Origin: Spirochaetales bacterium
GTDB taxonomy: Bacteria > Spirochaetota > Spirochaetia > Treponematales > UBA12059
Reading direction: 5' to 3'
DNA: 59,395 nt
Assembly (NCBI GenBank): GCA_016928955.1
Contig: JAFGJV010000014.1
Location: forward strand, 70,014-129,408
The notes beneath the pieces were generated by a model. It searched no databases. It was not told the DNA's origin and saw only the letters and a list, made by a program, of their open reading frames with translations. This document shows, one piece after another, positions 8,970-17,844 of the stretch. The position numbers were made by a program, and so were the translations under genes. How positions within the stretch are numbered: position 1 is the first letter of the stretch; every line of letters begins with the position of its first letter.

Positions 8970-10236
8970 ATTTCCTGCCGAACACGGCCTGCGGTTGGGT
9001 CTTGCCCCTGAAAAGCACTTCCCCCATGGCCTGGAGGTGGCTCTGGCGTTCCAGGCTGAGGAGTTTGTACGCTGACGCGGACACCAGGATGTCCTGTTTG
9101 AATTCGCGGCAGAGCGAATCCAGCCTGGCCGCCATGTTGACCGCCTCACCGACCACGGCCACCCGGGCCGCTCCGCTGGCCGAGGTGAGTTCCCCCGCGG
9201 CCACCTTGCCGGCGTGCACCCCTATGCCTATGTGCTTGATCAGGGGCAGGCGGTGCTCGGCCAGGTCCTCCTGGAGGTAGGAGAACTCGGTGAGGAAATC
9301 AAGGGCGCAGTCCACGGCCGAGTCCGCGTAGTCCGGTTCTCCCATGAGGCCGAACACGGCTATCACCGTGTCGCCCACAAACTGGTCCACAATGCCCCGG
9401 TGCTTCCTCACCACAACGTCCCACATGCTGTAGTAGCGGTTGAGCAGGGATATGGTGCCGGCCGGGCCTTCCTTCTCGGCTATGGGCGTGAAATTCCACA
9501 GGTCGGCGTACAGGATGGCCACGTCCCGGCGCTCGCCCTTGGCCAGGGCGGCCCGCGCGGTGAACTCCGGCCGCGGCGGCTCAACGATGGCGCATATGGA
9601 GTCCAGCCTGGCCTTGAGCGATATCTGTTTGACCTTGTCCGATACCTGGAACAGCCCGAAGATCAGCGCGCCGAACATGAAGAAGATGTTCTGCGTTGAC
9701 CTGCCAAAGTGGCCAAAGGCGGGCAGGAAGTTGCTCAGGGCCAGGGCGGACATCAGCCCCTCGTAGCTCAAGGTTCCGTCCGTGTATGAGTGCACGCTGT
9801 GCGTCCGCAGATCCAGGTAAAAATAGAAGAAGATGAACGTAAACACCGTGCCGAGGGTCAGGAAGAGCTCCGCGATGCGTTTGGGCCATTTCCGGTGGAA
9901 GAGGAGTCCCAGCGCCTGGATGGCGCCCAGGTAAAAGGCGGTTGCCCACAGGAAGAAGCTGGCCATGTCCAGGGGCAGTATGGGCCCGGACAGCGACTGC
10001 ATGATGCTGTACCCGAACGGCGTCATGAAAGAGAAGAGGAACCGAGCTAGGGGACGGTGGCCGAACCGCGCCAGAAGGCCGATCTGCAGGAGCAGAAAGC
10101 CAGTCAGCGTCACGAGGGGCAGGCTGGCGGGCCGGATGACCGACGGCGATGTGAACAGGATGATGATGAAGAACAAGACGAACTGGCTGGAATAGAGAAA
10201 GAATTCCTCCAGATACCGCCGCGGAAGAAATTTCAT
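8968..10236 (-). CDS. Membrane-bound class III adenylate/guanylate cyclase-domain protein
   Basis: 6-7 TM segments, then ILYADLWNFT, DQFVGD, IGIGVHAG, GEAVNMAARL; start moved to MKFLPRR (GAGG RBS). Confidence 0.85.
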   Translation of the reverse strand: MKFLPRRYLEEFFLYSSQFVLFFIIILFTSPSVIRPASLPLVTLTGFLLLQIGLLARFGHRPLARFLFSFMTPFGYSIMQSLSGPILPLDMASFFLWATAFYLGAIQALGLLFHRKWPKRIAELFLTLGTVFTFIFFYFYLDLRTHSVHSYTDGTLSYEGLMSALALSNFLPAFGHFGRSTQNIFFMFGALIFGLFQVSDKVKQISLKARLDSICAIVEPPRPEFTARAALAKGERRDVAILYADLWNFTPIAEKEGPAGTISLLNRYYSMWDVVVRKHRGIVDQFVGDTVIAVFGLMGEPDYADSAVDCALDFLTEFSYLQEDLAEHRLPLIKHIGIGVHAGKVAAGELTSASGAARVAVVGEAVNMAARLDSLCREFKQDILVSASAYKLLSLERQSHLQAMGEVLFRGKTQPQAVFGRK

Positions 10237-10427
10237 GCGAACCTCGCCGGTCCATGATACTCCATGAGGCCCGGCTTGCAAAGCGGACTTTCTTGCGCGG
10301 CGTCCCTGCGGGTTTCCGGCGGTAAAACGCCTCCGGGAGCTAGCTGGACGCCGACCGGGCACGATATGGTAGTCTGGATTCCGGGCGGCGGCTTGTGCGC
10401 GCCGGGAAGCATGCACGGAGGGTGGAC

Positions 10428-11567
10428 ATGGATGCTGGATCGACAACGCGCGTACTGAAAAGCTCGGGCACCGTGCTGAGCGTGCTCATTCCGCTCCTGG
10501 CGGCCGTCCTGGTGGCTTTGGCCTGCGTGCCGGCTGACCGCCCGGCGGACGGAGCTGAGCGCGATCCGGACCAGTGCGACTATGTCCTTCTGGCCCTGGT
10601 ACCCGGAGACTTCAGCCAGGCCCCGGGAAGCTACCAGGGCCGCCTGGAGCTGGTGTACCACGACCAGTCCTCCCTGGATGCCGGCGACGACGCCTGGGCC
10701 CGCGTCATGGAGGCCGTGTCCGATCCGGCCACCCGGGCCGTGGTCGTTCCGTCTGCGCCCGAGGGCAGCTCCGGCCTTTTTGAGGCTATACGCGCCGCGC
10801 GCGACGATATCGTCATCGTGGCGGGCGGCTGTCCTGACGACACGCTCGCGCTCGAGGCTTTTGCCGACCTGGTCGTCGATCTGGACTGGGCCGCGCGGTC
10901 CAAAGCAGCCGGTAGGGCGGCTGCCCTGCTCGACGCATCGTCCATACTGCTGGTCGGCAAAAAGGACCAGTCGCCCACCTGGGAACGCGACTCACGCCGG
11001 GGCGCCCTGGCTTCTTCGGGCCTGGCCCTGAGCACGGCTGACGTGGATATCGGTCCCCAAGGACAGTTCGACGCCGCCGCGCTGAAAGGGCTGCTTCAAG
11101 CGCTCGAGCCGGGCACGGCTGTCATCCCGGACCACCCGTGGCTGGCCCGGGCCCTGGCGGACGCGGCCATGGAAACGGGCAGCCTTTATATAGAAGGCGC
11201 TTCCCTGCCCTGGGGCCAGCGCTACGGCCAGGCGCAAAACTACCTGGACGCGCCCAAGGCGGCAGACACCCTGGCGCTTGAGCGCGCTTCCGTCGGCCGG
11301 ATGCTGTTCTGGCCCGGCGACGCTCCTGACGCGGTGGCCGCCGCCCTGGTTCGGCACACACTGCTTGCCCTGGACCGCGGGGACGGCCTGCGCGACGGCG
11401 ACGCTCTGGCCGCGTCCCTGCGCTCGGTATGGCCGGCCGGCTCATGGAAGGTTGAGCCGTACCTGGACCCGGACTCTGGCATCCGGGCCCGCGGCCATCT
11501 CATGATATCCTCTGATCCGTACCTGGCCGGCCGCGGATACCTGCCTAGCGCCCGGAAGGATGGCTGA
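10428..11567 (+). CDS. Divergent DUF3798-like substrate-binding lipoprotein paralog
   Basis: VALAC lipobox; colinear similarity to the next gene (FEAIRAARDDIVIVAG vs FKRVREKRPDILLFAG; DPYLAGRGYLP vs DTYVFGQGYLP). Confidence 0.7.
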   Translation: MDAGSTTRVLKSSGTVLSVLIPLLAAVLVALACVPADRPADGAERDPDQCDYVLLALVPGDFSQAPGSYQGRLELVYHDQSSLDAGDDAWARVMEAVSDPATRAVVVPSAPEGSSGLFEAIRAARDDIVIVAGGCPDDTLALEAFADLVVDLDWAARSKAAGRAAALLDASSILLVGKKDQSPTWERDSRRGALASSGLALSTADVDIGPQGQFDAAALKGLLQALEPGTAVIPDHPWLARALADAAMETGSLYIEGASLPWGQRYGQAQNYLDAPKAADTLALERASVGRMLFWPGDAPDAVAAALVRHTLLALDRGDGLRDGDALAASLRSVWPAGSWKVEPYLDPDSGIRARGHLMISSDPYLAGRGYLPSARKDG

Positions 11568-11623
11568 GACGGGCGTACACGAGCGTCGATTCAAGAAAAA
11601 GACGAATGATGCCTCGCGGCACC

Positions 11624-11651
11624 TTGACGACTTTTGGCGATGGGGTACAAT
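11624..11651 (+). promoter_or_regulatory. Sigma70-type promoter for the DUF3798 binding protein
   Basis: TTGACG-N16-TACAAT. Confidence 0.65.
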
Positions 11652-11686
11652 GATTCCCATTGCCCGGAAAAGGCAAAGGAGGATAC

Positions 11687-12901
11687 ATGAAACGGATACT
11701 GAAGCTTGCCGCGCTTCTGGCCGCGGTTCTGCTCGTGTTCGCCGCTTGTTCCAAAGGCGCGGACGCCGACTCGGCCCCCTTCCACATTGGTGTGGTGACC
11801 GGTTCGGTTTCCCAGTCCGAGGATGACCTGCGTGGCGCCGAGGAGCTCATCAAGCTCTATGGCGACTCCAAGACCGGCGGTATGATCACCCACCTGACCT
11901 ACCCCGACAACTTCATGGATCAGATGGACACCACCATCTCCCAGATATTGTCTCTGGCCGACGATGCCAAGCTCAAGGCCATCATCGTGAACCAGGCCGT
12001 GCCGGGCACGGCGGAAGCCTTCAAGCGCGTGCGCGAGAAGCGCCCCGACATTCTCCTGTTCGCCGGCGAGCCCCACGAGGATCCGCCCGTCATCCAGGAA
12101 GTCGCCGACATGGCCATCAACAGCGACTTCATCAGCCGCGGTTATACCATCATTTGGGCCGCCAAGCAGATGGGCGCCAAGGCCTTTGTGCACATCTCCT
12201 TCCCCCGCCACATGTCCTATGAGACACTCGGCCTCCGCCGGCTGATCATGGAGCAGGCCTGCACCGACCTGGGCATGCAGTTCATCTTCGAGACCGCCCC
12301 CGATCCGACCAGCGAGGTCGGCGTTGCCGGCGCTCAGCAGTACATCCTTGAGAAGATGCCCCAGTGGATCGAGAAGTACGGCGAGGAAACGGCCTTCTTC
12401 TGCACCAACGACGCCCACACCGAGCCCCTGCTCAAGCAGCTGTTCGCGTACGGCGGCTACTTTGTGGAAGCCGACCTGCCCTCTCCCCTCATGGGATATC
12501 CCGGAGCCCTGGGCCTGGACCTGACCGCCGAAGCCGGCGATTTCCAGAAGATCCTCAAGAAGGTTGAGGAATCCGTGGTGGCCAAGGGCGGCGCTGGCCG
12601 CTTTGGCACCTGGGCCTACAGCTACGGCTTTACCGTGACCGCGGGCCTGGGCGAGTATGCCCGCCGCATCCTGGCCGGCGAGACCCAGCTGGGCGACAAA
12701 GCGTCGCTCAACGATTCGTTTGCCAAGTTCACCCCCGGAGCCAAGTGGGCGTCCGGTCCCTACGTGAACGCGCTGACCGGGCAGCAGGCCTCCAACCACA
12801 TGCTGGTGTTCATGGACACCTACGTGTTCGGCCAGGGCTACCTTCCCACCACCGCGCAGGCCATCGATCCGAAGTACTACGAGATTTCGGTCAACAACTA
12901 A
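11687..12901 (+). CDS. DUF3798-family ABC transporter substrate-binding lipoprotein
   Basis: VFAAC lipobox; IGVVTGSVSQSEDDLRGAE, TYPDNFM, HISFPRHM, FFCTNDA, PSPLMGYPGALG; AAGGAGG RBS. Confidence 0.9.
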   Translation: MKRILKLAALLAAVLLVFAACSKGADADSAPFHIGVVTGSVSQSEDDLRGAEELIKLYGDSKTGGMITHLTYPDNFMDQMDTTISQILSLADDAKLKAIIVNQAVPGTAEAFKRVREKRPDILLFAGEPHEDPPVIQEVADMAINSDFISRGYTIIWAAKQMGAKAFVHISFPRHMSYETLGLRRLIMEQACTDLGMQFIFETAPDPTSEVGVAGAQQYILEKMPQWIEKYGEETAFFCTNDAHTEPLLKQLFAYGGYFVEADLPSPLMGYPGALGLDLTAEAGDFQKILKKVEESVVAKGGAGRFGTWAYSYGFTVTAGLGEYARRILAGETQLGDKASLNDSFAKFTPGAKWASGPYVNALTGQQASNHMLVFMDTYVFGQGYLPTTAQAIDPKYYEISVNN

Positions 12902-12942
12902 TGCACGGGGCTTTGGTCCCGCCTGAGATACTGTGAGGTGCT

Positions 12943-12975
12943 AAAGGCGCGCTCCCCCACGGGGCGCGCCTTTTT
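12943..12975 (+). terminator. Intrinsic terminator after the binding-protein gene
   Basis: AAAGGCGCGCTCC/GGGGCGCGCCTTT stem with T tract. Confidence 0.75.
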
Positions 12976-13029
12976 CAGAGTGGCGCCCGAACGAACCGAC
13001 GAGGCCGGGCTCACTTTGTCCAATCGCGT

Positions 13030-13058
13030 TTGACGAGTCAGGCAAGAGGACGTATGAT
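13030..13058 (+). promoter_or_regulatory. Sigma70-type promoter for the ABC ATPase/permease genes
   Basis: TTGACG-N17-TATGAT. Confidence 0.7.
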
Positions 13059-13137
13059 AGGTCGTCCGCGCGCCTCTGGGCGTGAGCCTTCCGCCCGGGC
13101 GCCTATCCGGTCAAGTCTTCCAAACAAAGGTGGTAGC

Positions 13138-14739
13138 ATGTCCACGGGAACCCGCCTCTTATCCTTACGCGGGATATCCAAGGAGTTCTACGGCAACGTG
13201 GTCCTTGAGGATATCTCGTTTGATCTGGACCGAGGCCAGATAATCGGACTGGTCGGCGAGAACGGCGCCGGCAAGACGACGCTGATGCGCATACTGTTCG
13301 GGATGCCGGTCATTGCCGAAACAGGCGGCTTTAACGGAACCATAGAGCTGGACGGCCAGCCGGTGGCGTTCAAGACGCCCTTTGACGCCCTGGACGCCGG
13401 CATCGGTATGGTGCACCAGGAATTTTCCCTGATTCCGGGCTTCAGCACCACGGAGAACATAGCCCTGAACCGCGAGTCGCTCAAAACGAATTTTGCCTGC
13501 GACATCTTTGGCAAACGGATGAGCGTGCTGGACAGGGTGACCATGCGCGAGCGCGCGGTCAAGGCCATACACACGCTCGGGGTCAAGCTGGATCCCGACA
13601 TGCTGGTGTCCGAGATGCCGGTGGGCCACAAGCAGTTCACCGAGATAGCCCGGGAGATAGACCGCAAAAACGTCAAGCTCCTGGTGCTGGACGAGCCCAC
13701 GGCGGTGCTCACGGAGACGGAAGCCGAGGTGCTTTTGTCGTCCATGAGGGCGCTGGCAGCCCAGGGCATATCGATCATCTTCATATCGCACCGCCTCCAT
13801 GAGATCACCAAGGTGGCGGACAAGATCGTGGTGCTCAGGGACGGAAAGATTGTCAAGGACGTGCCGGTGGCCGGCGTGTCTGTCCAGGATATAGCGGCCT
13901 GGATGGTGGGCCGCGACGTCAAGACCAAAGCCGCGCACCTGTCGGTGTGCAAGGATTCCGTATACCTTAACGTGGAGCACCTGTGGGTGGACATGCCGGG
14001 CGAGACGGTCCGTGACGTGTCGTTCCAGGTCATGGAGGGCGAGATCTTTGGCATAGGCGGCCTGGCAGGCCAGGGCAAGCTGGGCATAGCCAACGGCGTG
14101 ATGGGCCTGTTCCCCGCCGGCGGCCAGGTGACCGTGGGCGGGCAGGACGTGATCCTGAACAATCCCCACGCAGCCCTCAATTCGGACATAGCCTTTGTGA
14201 GTGAGGACCGGCGCGGAGTGGGTCTGCTCTTGGACGAGTCGCTCGAGTGGAACATAGCGTTCACCGCGATGCAAGCCAAGCGCCAGCACCTGATCCCGGT
14301 GCTCGGAGGCCTGTTCTCCGTCCGCGACGAGAAGTCCATGAAGGCGCTCGCGCTGGAATACATCGAGTCGCTTGAGATACGCTGCACGGGTCCCAGGCAG
14401 AGGGCCAAGGAGCTGTCCGGCGGCAACCAGCAGAAAATCTGCCTGGCCAAGGCCTTTGCGCTCAAGCCCAAGCTGCTCTTTGTGTCGGAACCCACGCGGG
14501 GCATAGACGTGGGCGCCAAGGCCATCGTGCTGGAAACCCTCCGTGCCTACAACCGCGATTACGGCATGACCATCGTGATGATATCCAGCGAGCTGGAGGA
14601 ACTCCGCTCAATCTGCCACCGCGTGGCCATCGTGGACGAGGGCAAGATAGCGGGTATCCTGCCGCCCACGGCCGACGTGGCGCAGTTCGGCCTGCTCATG
14701 TCCGGCCTGGGCGCGGGCAAGAACGGAGACGCCGCATGA
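13138..14739 (+). CDS. Sugar-type (CUT2) ABC transporter ATP-binding protein, two NBDs
   Basis: GENGAGKT Walker A, LVLDEPT, LSGGNQQK, EPTRGIDVGAK. Confidence 0.93.
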   Translation: MSTGTRLLSLRGISKEFYGNVVLEDISFDLDRGQIIGLVGENGAGKTTLMRILFGMPVIAETGGFNGTIELDGQPVAFKTPFDALDAGIGMVHQEFSLIPGFSTTENIALNRESLKTNFACDIFGKRMSVLDRVTMRERAVKAIHTLGVKLDPDMLVSEMPVGHKQFTEIAREIDRKNVKLLVLDEPTAVLTETEAEVLLSSMRALAAQGISIIFISHRLHEITKVADKIVVLRDGKIVKDVPVAGVSVQDIAAWMVGRDVKTKAAHLSVCKDSVYLNVEHLWVDMPGETVRDVSFQVMEGEIFGIGGLAGQGKLGIANGVMGLFPAGGQVTVGGQDVILNNPHAALNSDIAFVSEDRRGVGLLLDESLEWNIAFTAMQAKRQHLIPVLGGLFSVRDEKSMKALALEYIESLEIRCTGPRQRAKELSGGNQQKICLAKAFALKPKLLFVSEPTRGIDVGAKAIVLETLRAYNRDYGMTIVMISSELEELRSICHRVAIVDEGKIAGILPPTADVAQFGLLMSGLGAGKNGDAA

Positions 14740-15776
14740 GTTCCATCAAAACCTTCATTGCGGATTTCGGCTGGCCGCGCATCATCATAGCGTTGTTCTT
14801 GCTGTCGCTGTTCGTCGCGGCTCCTATCGTGGGCGTGGACCTGGGCGCTTCGATCGGGGACGTGCTCAACCGCTTTGGCCAGAACGCCATCATGGTGCTG
14901 GCCCTGGTCCCCATGGTCCAGTCGGGCTGCGGCCTGAATTTCGGCCTGCCAATCGGCATCCTGGCGGGCCTCCTTGGATCGACCATCACGATGCAGCTCG
15001 GTCTTACCGGCCTGACTGGCCTCCTGGTGGCCATCCTCATCACCATCGTGTTCGGCGTCATATTCGGCTACCTGTACGGCAAGCTCCTCAACAACGTCAA
15101 GGGCGAGGAGATGACCATAGCAATGTACGTGGGCTTCTCGGCCGTCATGCTGTTCTCCATACTCTGGCTGGTCTTGCCCTTCAACAAGGCCGACCTGGTC
15201 ATGGGCTACGCGGGCGAGGGCCTCAGGCGGAGCATCGCGCTGGAGGACTACTGGGGCAAGCTGTTGAACAACTTTGGACAGTTCAGCATAGGCGGTACCC
15301 CGATTCCGACAGGCCTGTTGCTCTTCGTCGGACTGTGCGTGTTCTTTGTCTACGTGTTCATGCGCACGCGCACGGGCACCGCCATGACGGCCGTGGGGTC
15401 CAACCCGGACTTTGCGCGGGCCAGCGGCGTGTCCGTTGAGCGCATGCGTACCGTGAGCACGGTGGTGTCCACCGTACTCGGCGGGATAGGCATCCTGGCC
15501 TACCAGCAGAGCTTTGGCTGGGTACAGGTATACGACGCGCCCCTGTTCATGGCCTTTCCGGCCGTGTCTGCCCTGCTCATAGGCGGCGCGTCCGTGACCA
15601 AGGCCAGCATGGTCAACGTGGTGCTGGGAACCTTCCTGTTCCAGGGCATACTCACCATGACGCCGTCCGTCATCAACAACGTGCTCAAGAACGAGCTGTC
15701 CGAGGTGATAAGGATCATCGTGACCAACGGCATGATCATTTACGCCCTGACCAGAAAGACCAAGGTGGCAAAATGA
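14736..15776 (+). CDS. ABC transporter permease (BPD_transp_2)
   Basis: Multi-TM; RTRTGTAMTAVGSNPDFARASGV motif; ATGA coupling. Confidence 0.92.
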   Translation: MSSIKTFIADFGWPRIIIALFLLSLFVAAPIVGVDLGASIGDVLNRFGQNAIMVLALVPMVQSGCGLNFGLPIGILAGLLGSTITMQLGLTGLTGLLVAILITIVFGVIFGYLYGKLLNNVKGEEMTIAMYVGFSAVMLFSILWLVLPFNKADLVMGYAGEGLRRSIALEDYWGKLLNNFGQFSIGGTPIPTGLLLFVGLCVFFVYVFMRTRTGTAMTAVGSNPDFARASGVSVERMRTVSTVVSTVLGGIGILAYQQSFGWVQVYDAPLFMAFPAVSALLIGGASVTKASMVNVVLGTFLFQGILTMTPSVINNVLKNELSEVIRIIVTNGMIIYALTRKTKVAK

Positions 15777-16885
15777 GAAACGTCAAGAGTTTCGTGGCCG
15801 ACAATATCGTCACGCTCATTTTTTTGACCATCACCATCATAGCCATACCGTTTTCAGGCCTGTCGGGGTCCTACATCATCAGTAACCTGATAGACAGGTT
15901 TGCCCGCAGCTCATTCCTGGTGTTCGCGCTGATACTTCCCATCATGGCCGGCATGGGCATCAACTTTGCCATGGTGCTCGGCGCAACGGCCGGCCAGATA
16001 GGGCTGATCTTTGCCGTGGACCACAACATCATGGGCACGGAGGGACTTATCCTGGCCACGCTGGTGGGCATACCCCTGTCGGTGGGCCTGGGATGGTTCT
16101 CAGGGCAGGTGCTCAACCGCGCGCGCGGTCGAGAGATGGTCACCGGGTTCATCCTGGGCTATTTCATGGACGGCATCTACCAGTTCTTCGGGCTGTACAT
16201 CATGGGCTGGCTGATACCCATACGGACGGCCCAGGTCATGCAGATAGACGGCGGCGGCGTGCGCAACACGCTGGCGCTCGAGTCGGTCCGCGGAGGCCTG
16301 GACAAGATCGTCAGCCTGAAGGTGGGGCCCTTCTCCATACCCGTGGTCACCTTTGCCGTGATTGCCGTGCTCTGTCTGTTCATCATCTGGTTTAGGCGCA
16401 CCAAGCTCGGCCAGGACATGAGGGCCATAGGCCAGGAGCAGGGCATATCCCACGCGGCGGGTATCAACGTTGACCGCACGCGCATCCTGGCCATCGTCAT
16501 ATCCACCGTGCTGGCGTGCATCGGCCAGATCATCTACCTGCAGAACCTCGGCAACATGTTCACCTACACCAGCCAGCGTCAGGCCGGATATTACGCGGCG
16601 GCGGCCATTCTGGTGGGAGGCGCCACGGTCAGCAAGGCATCCATCAAGAACGTATTCATAGGCGTGTTCCTGGTGCATGCCCTCTACATAACCACCCCGC
16701 TGGCCGGCAAGGCCCTGTTCAAGTCCGCCATGGTTGGGCAGTACATGAGCGACTTCATCAATTACGGCATCATAGCGTCCGCCCTGGTACTGCACGCCTG
16801 GAAAAACAAACGGGCAGCCGACCTAGCCCGGGCGGGACTCCGCATGAGCGCGGAAGCCCAGGCGGCCGCGGGAGGTGTCGCATGA
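15773..16885 (+). CDS. ABC transporter permease (BPD_transp_2)
   Basis: Multi-TM; RTKLGQDMRAIGQEQGISHAAGIN motif; ATGA coupling. Confidence 0.92.
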   Translation: MRNVKSFVADNIVTLIFLTITIIAIPFSGLSGSYIISNLIDRFARSSFLVFALILPIMAGMGINFAMVLGATAGQIGLIFAVDHNIMGTEGLILATLVGIPLSVGLGWFSGQVLNRARGREMVTGFILGYFMDGIYQFFGLYIMGWLIPIRTAQVMQIDGGGVRNTLALESVRGGLDKIVSLKVGPFSIPVVTFAVIAVLCLFIIWFRRTKLGQDMRAIGQEQGISHAAGINVDRTRILAIVISTVLACIGQIIYLQNLGNMFTYTSQRQAGYYAAAAILVGGATVSKASIKNVFIGVFLVHALYITTPLAGKALFKSAMVGQYMSDFINYGIIASALVLHAWKNKRAADLARAGLRMSAEAQAAAGGVA

Positions 16886-17250
16886 ACCTGCGTTCGCTGG
16901 TGGTCAAAATCACTCTGGCAGTGGTGTACCTGGTCCTGGCCGTGTGGGCGTACGGGGCTGGCAAAGGCTACCCGTTGTACATAGACAACACGGATCTATC
17001 CAAGCCGACCATGCTGAGCGTGGTGATAGACGGGAAATCCCCGGTAAGGGTGCGGGAAGGCGCGTACACCGAGATCATGGTCAAGGGCGCCAGGAAGCAC
17101 ACGATCAGTCTGGTGTTGCCCTCGGGCGCCGAGTATAGGGAAACCTTCAGGTTCCCGGCCGGAGCCCAGGCGGCGGAAATCCGCGTGCCCGAGCTGGCTC
17201 CGGGATCCGACCCCGTGGTCAGGCCGGTGCTGCCTCGGCAGGACAGGTAA
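16882..17250 (+). CDS. Small membrane-anchored accessory protein of the ABC operon (DUF6672-like)
   Basis: GGAGG RBS and ATGA overlap; MNLRSLVVKITLAVVYLVLAVWAYGAGKGYPLYIDN; 122 aa. Confidence 0.7.
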   Translation: MNLRSLVVKITLAVVYLVLAVWAYGAGKGYPLYIDNTDLSKPTMLSVVIDGKSPVRVREGAYTEIMVKGARKHTISLVLPSGAEYRETFRFPAGAQAAEIRVPELAPGSDPVVRPVLPRQDR

Positions 17251-17266
17251 AAGAAATCTGATACAC

Positions 17267-17303
17267 AGCCGCCCGTTCGTTGCGCATGAGCGGGCGGTTT
17301 TTT
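17267..17303 (+). terminator. Intrinsic terminator of the ABC operon
   Basis: AGCCGCCCGTTC/GAGCGGGCGGTT stem followed by T tract. Confidence 0.8.
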
Positions 17304-17339
17304 TATGAAACGCGTCTGGGCGACGCTACAGGACGGGAT

Positions 17340-17810
17340 ATGGTCATACGCTACAGAAAAACGGTACTGAACGATTTTGGGGCCTTTGTTTCCATTGTGT
17401 TGGTGGGGGTGGTCCTGGTCATGGCTGTGGTCTCCTTGGCCACGGGCTACACGGTATCCAAGACGCGGGGCCTGGTGCGGGTTAAAGAAGCCGATCAGGT
17501 CGTACTGCAGGTTGTTCTTGCGGTCATGATGCTGGCGGGTTTTGTGGGGCACGTGGCCAGGGTAGCCTGGCTGGAGCGTTTTGTGACAAAGGCCGCGGAA
17601 TGCCAGGGCGTGGTTACCGGGCTGTCGCTGTACCGCGACCGGGGGCATGTTCAGTACAGCTATGAGGTGGACGGAGAGAGACGGAGCGCAAAAAACGCGG
17701 TGCACGCATCCGCCCAGGTGCGCGCGCTCGCGGAAGGGCAGGCCGTCCGCGTACTGGCCGGCGCCAAGGGCGGCAAACAGCGGTCTCTTATCAAAGACCT
17801 GTACGTGTAA
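17340..17810 (+). CDS. Hypothetical 2-TM membrane protein (DUF3592-like)
   Basis: Two TM helices, then GVVTG...VQYSYEVDG...GQAVRVL beta-rich pattern. Confidence 0.6.
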   Translation: MVIRYRKTVLNDFGAFVSIVLVGVVLVMAVVSLATGYTVSKTRGLVRVKEADQVVLQVVLAVMMLAGFVGHVARVAWLERFVTKAAECQGVVTGLSLYRDRGHVQYSYEVDGERRSAKNAVHASAQVRALAEGQAVRVLAGAKGGKQRSLIKDLYV

Positions 17811-17844
17811 GGTTACGCAACCCGCGGGTTGTGCCGACCCTGGT

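Noticed and set aside
8968..10236. Pycsar/CBASS-type defence system around the cyclase genes
   Set aside because: No adjacent cNMP-binding or effector gene and no defence-island or mobile context
11591..14525. Long antisense ORFs over the ABC operon, and similar ones across the window
   Set aside because: Stop-poor shadow frames of clearly identifiable genes
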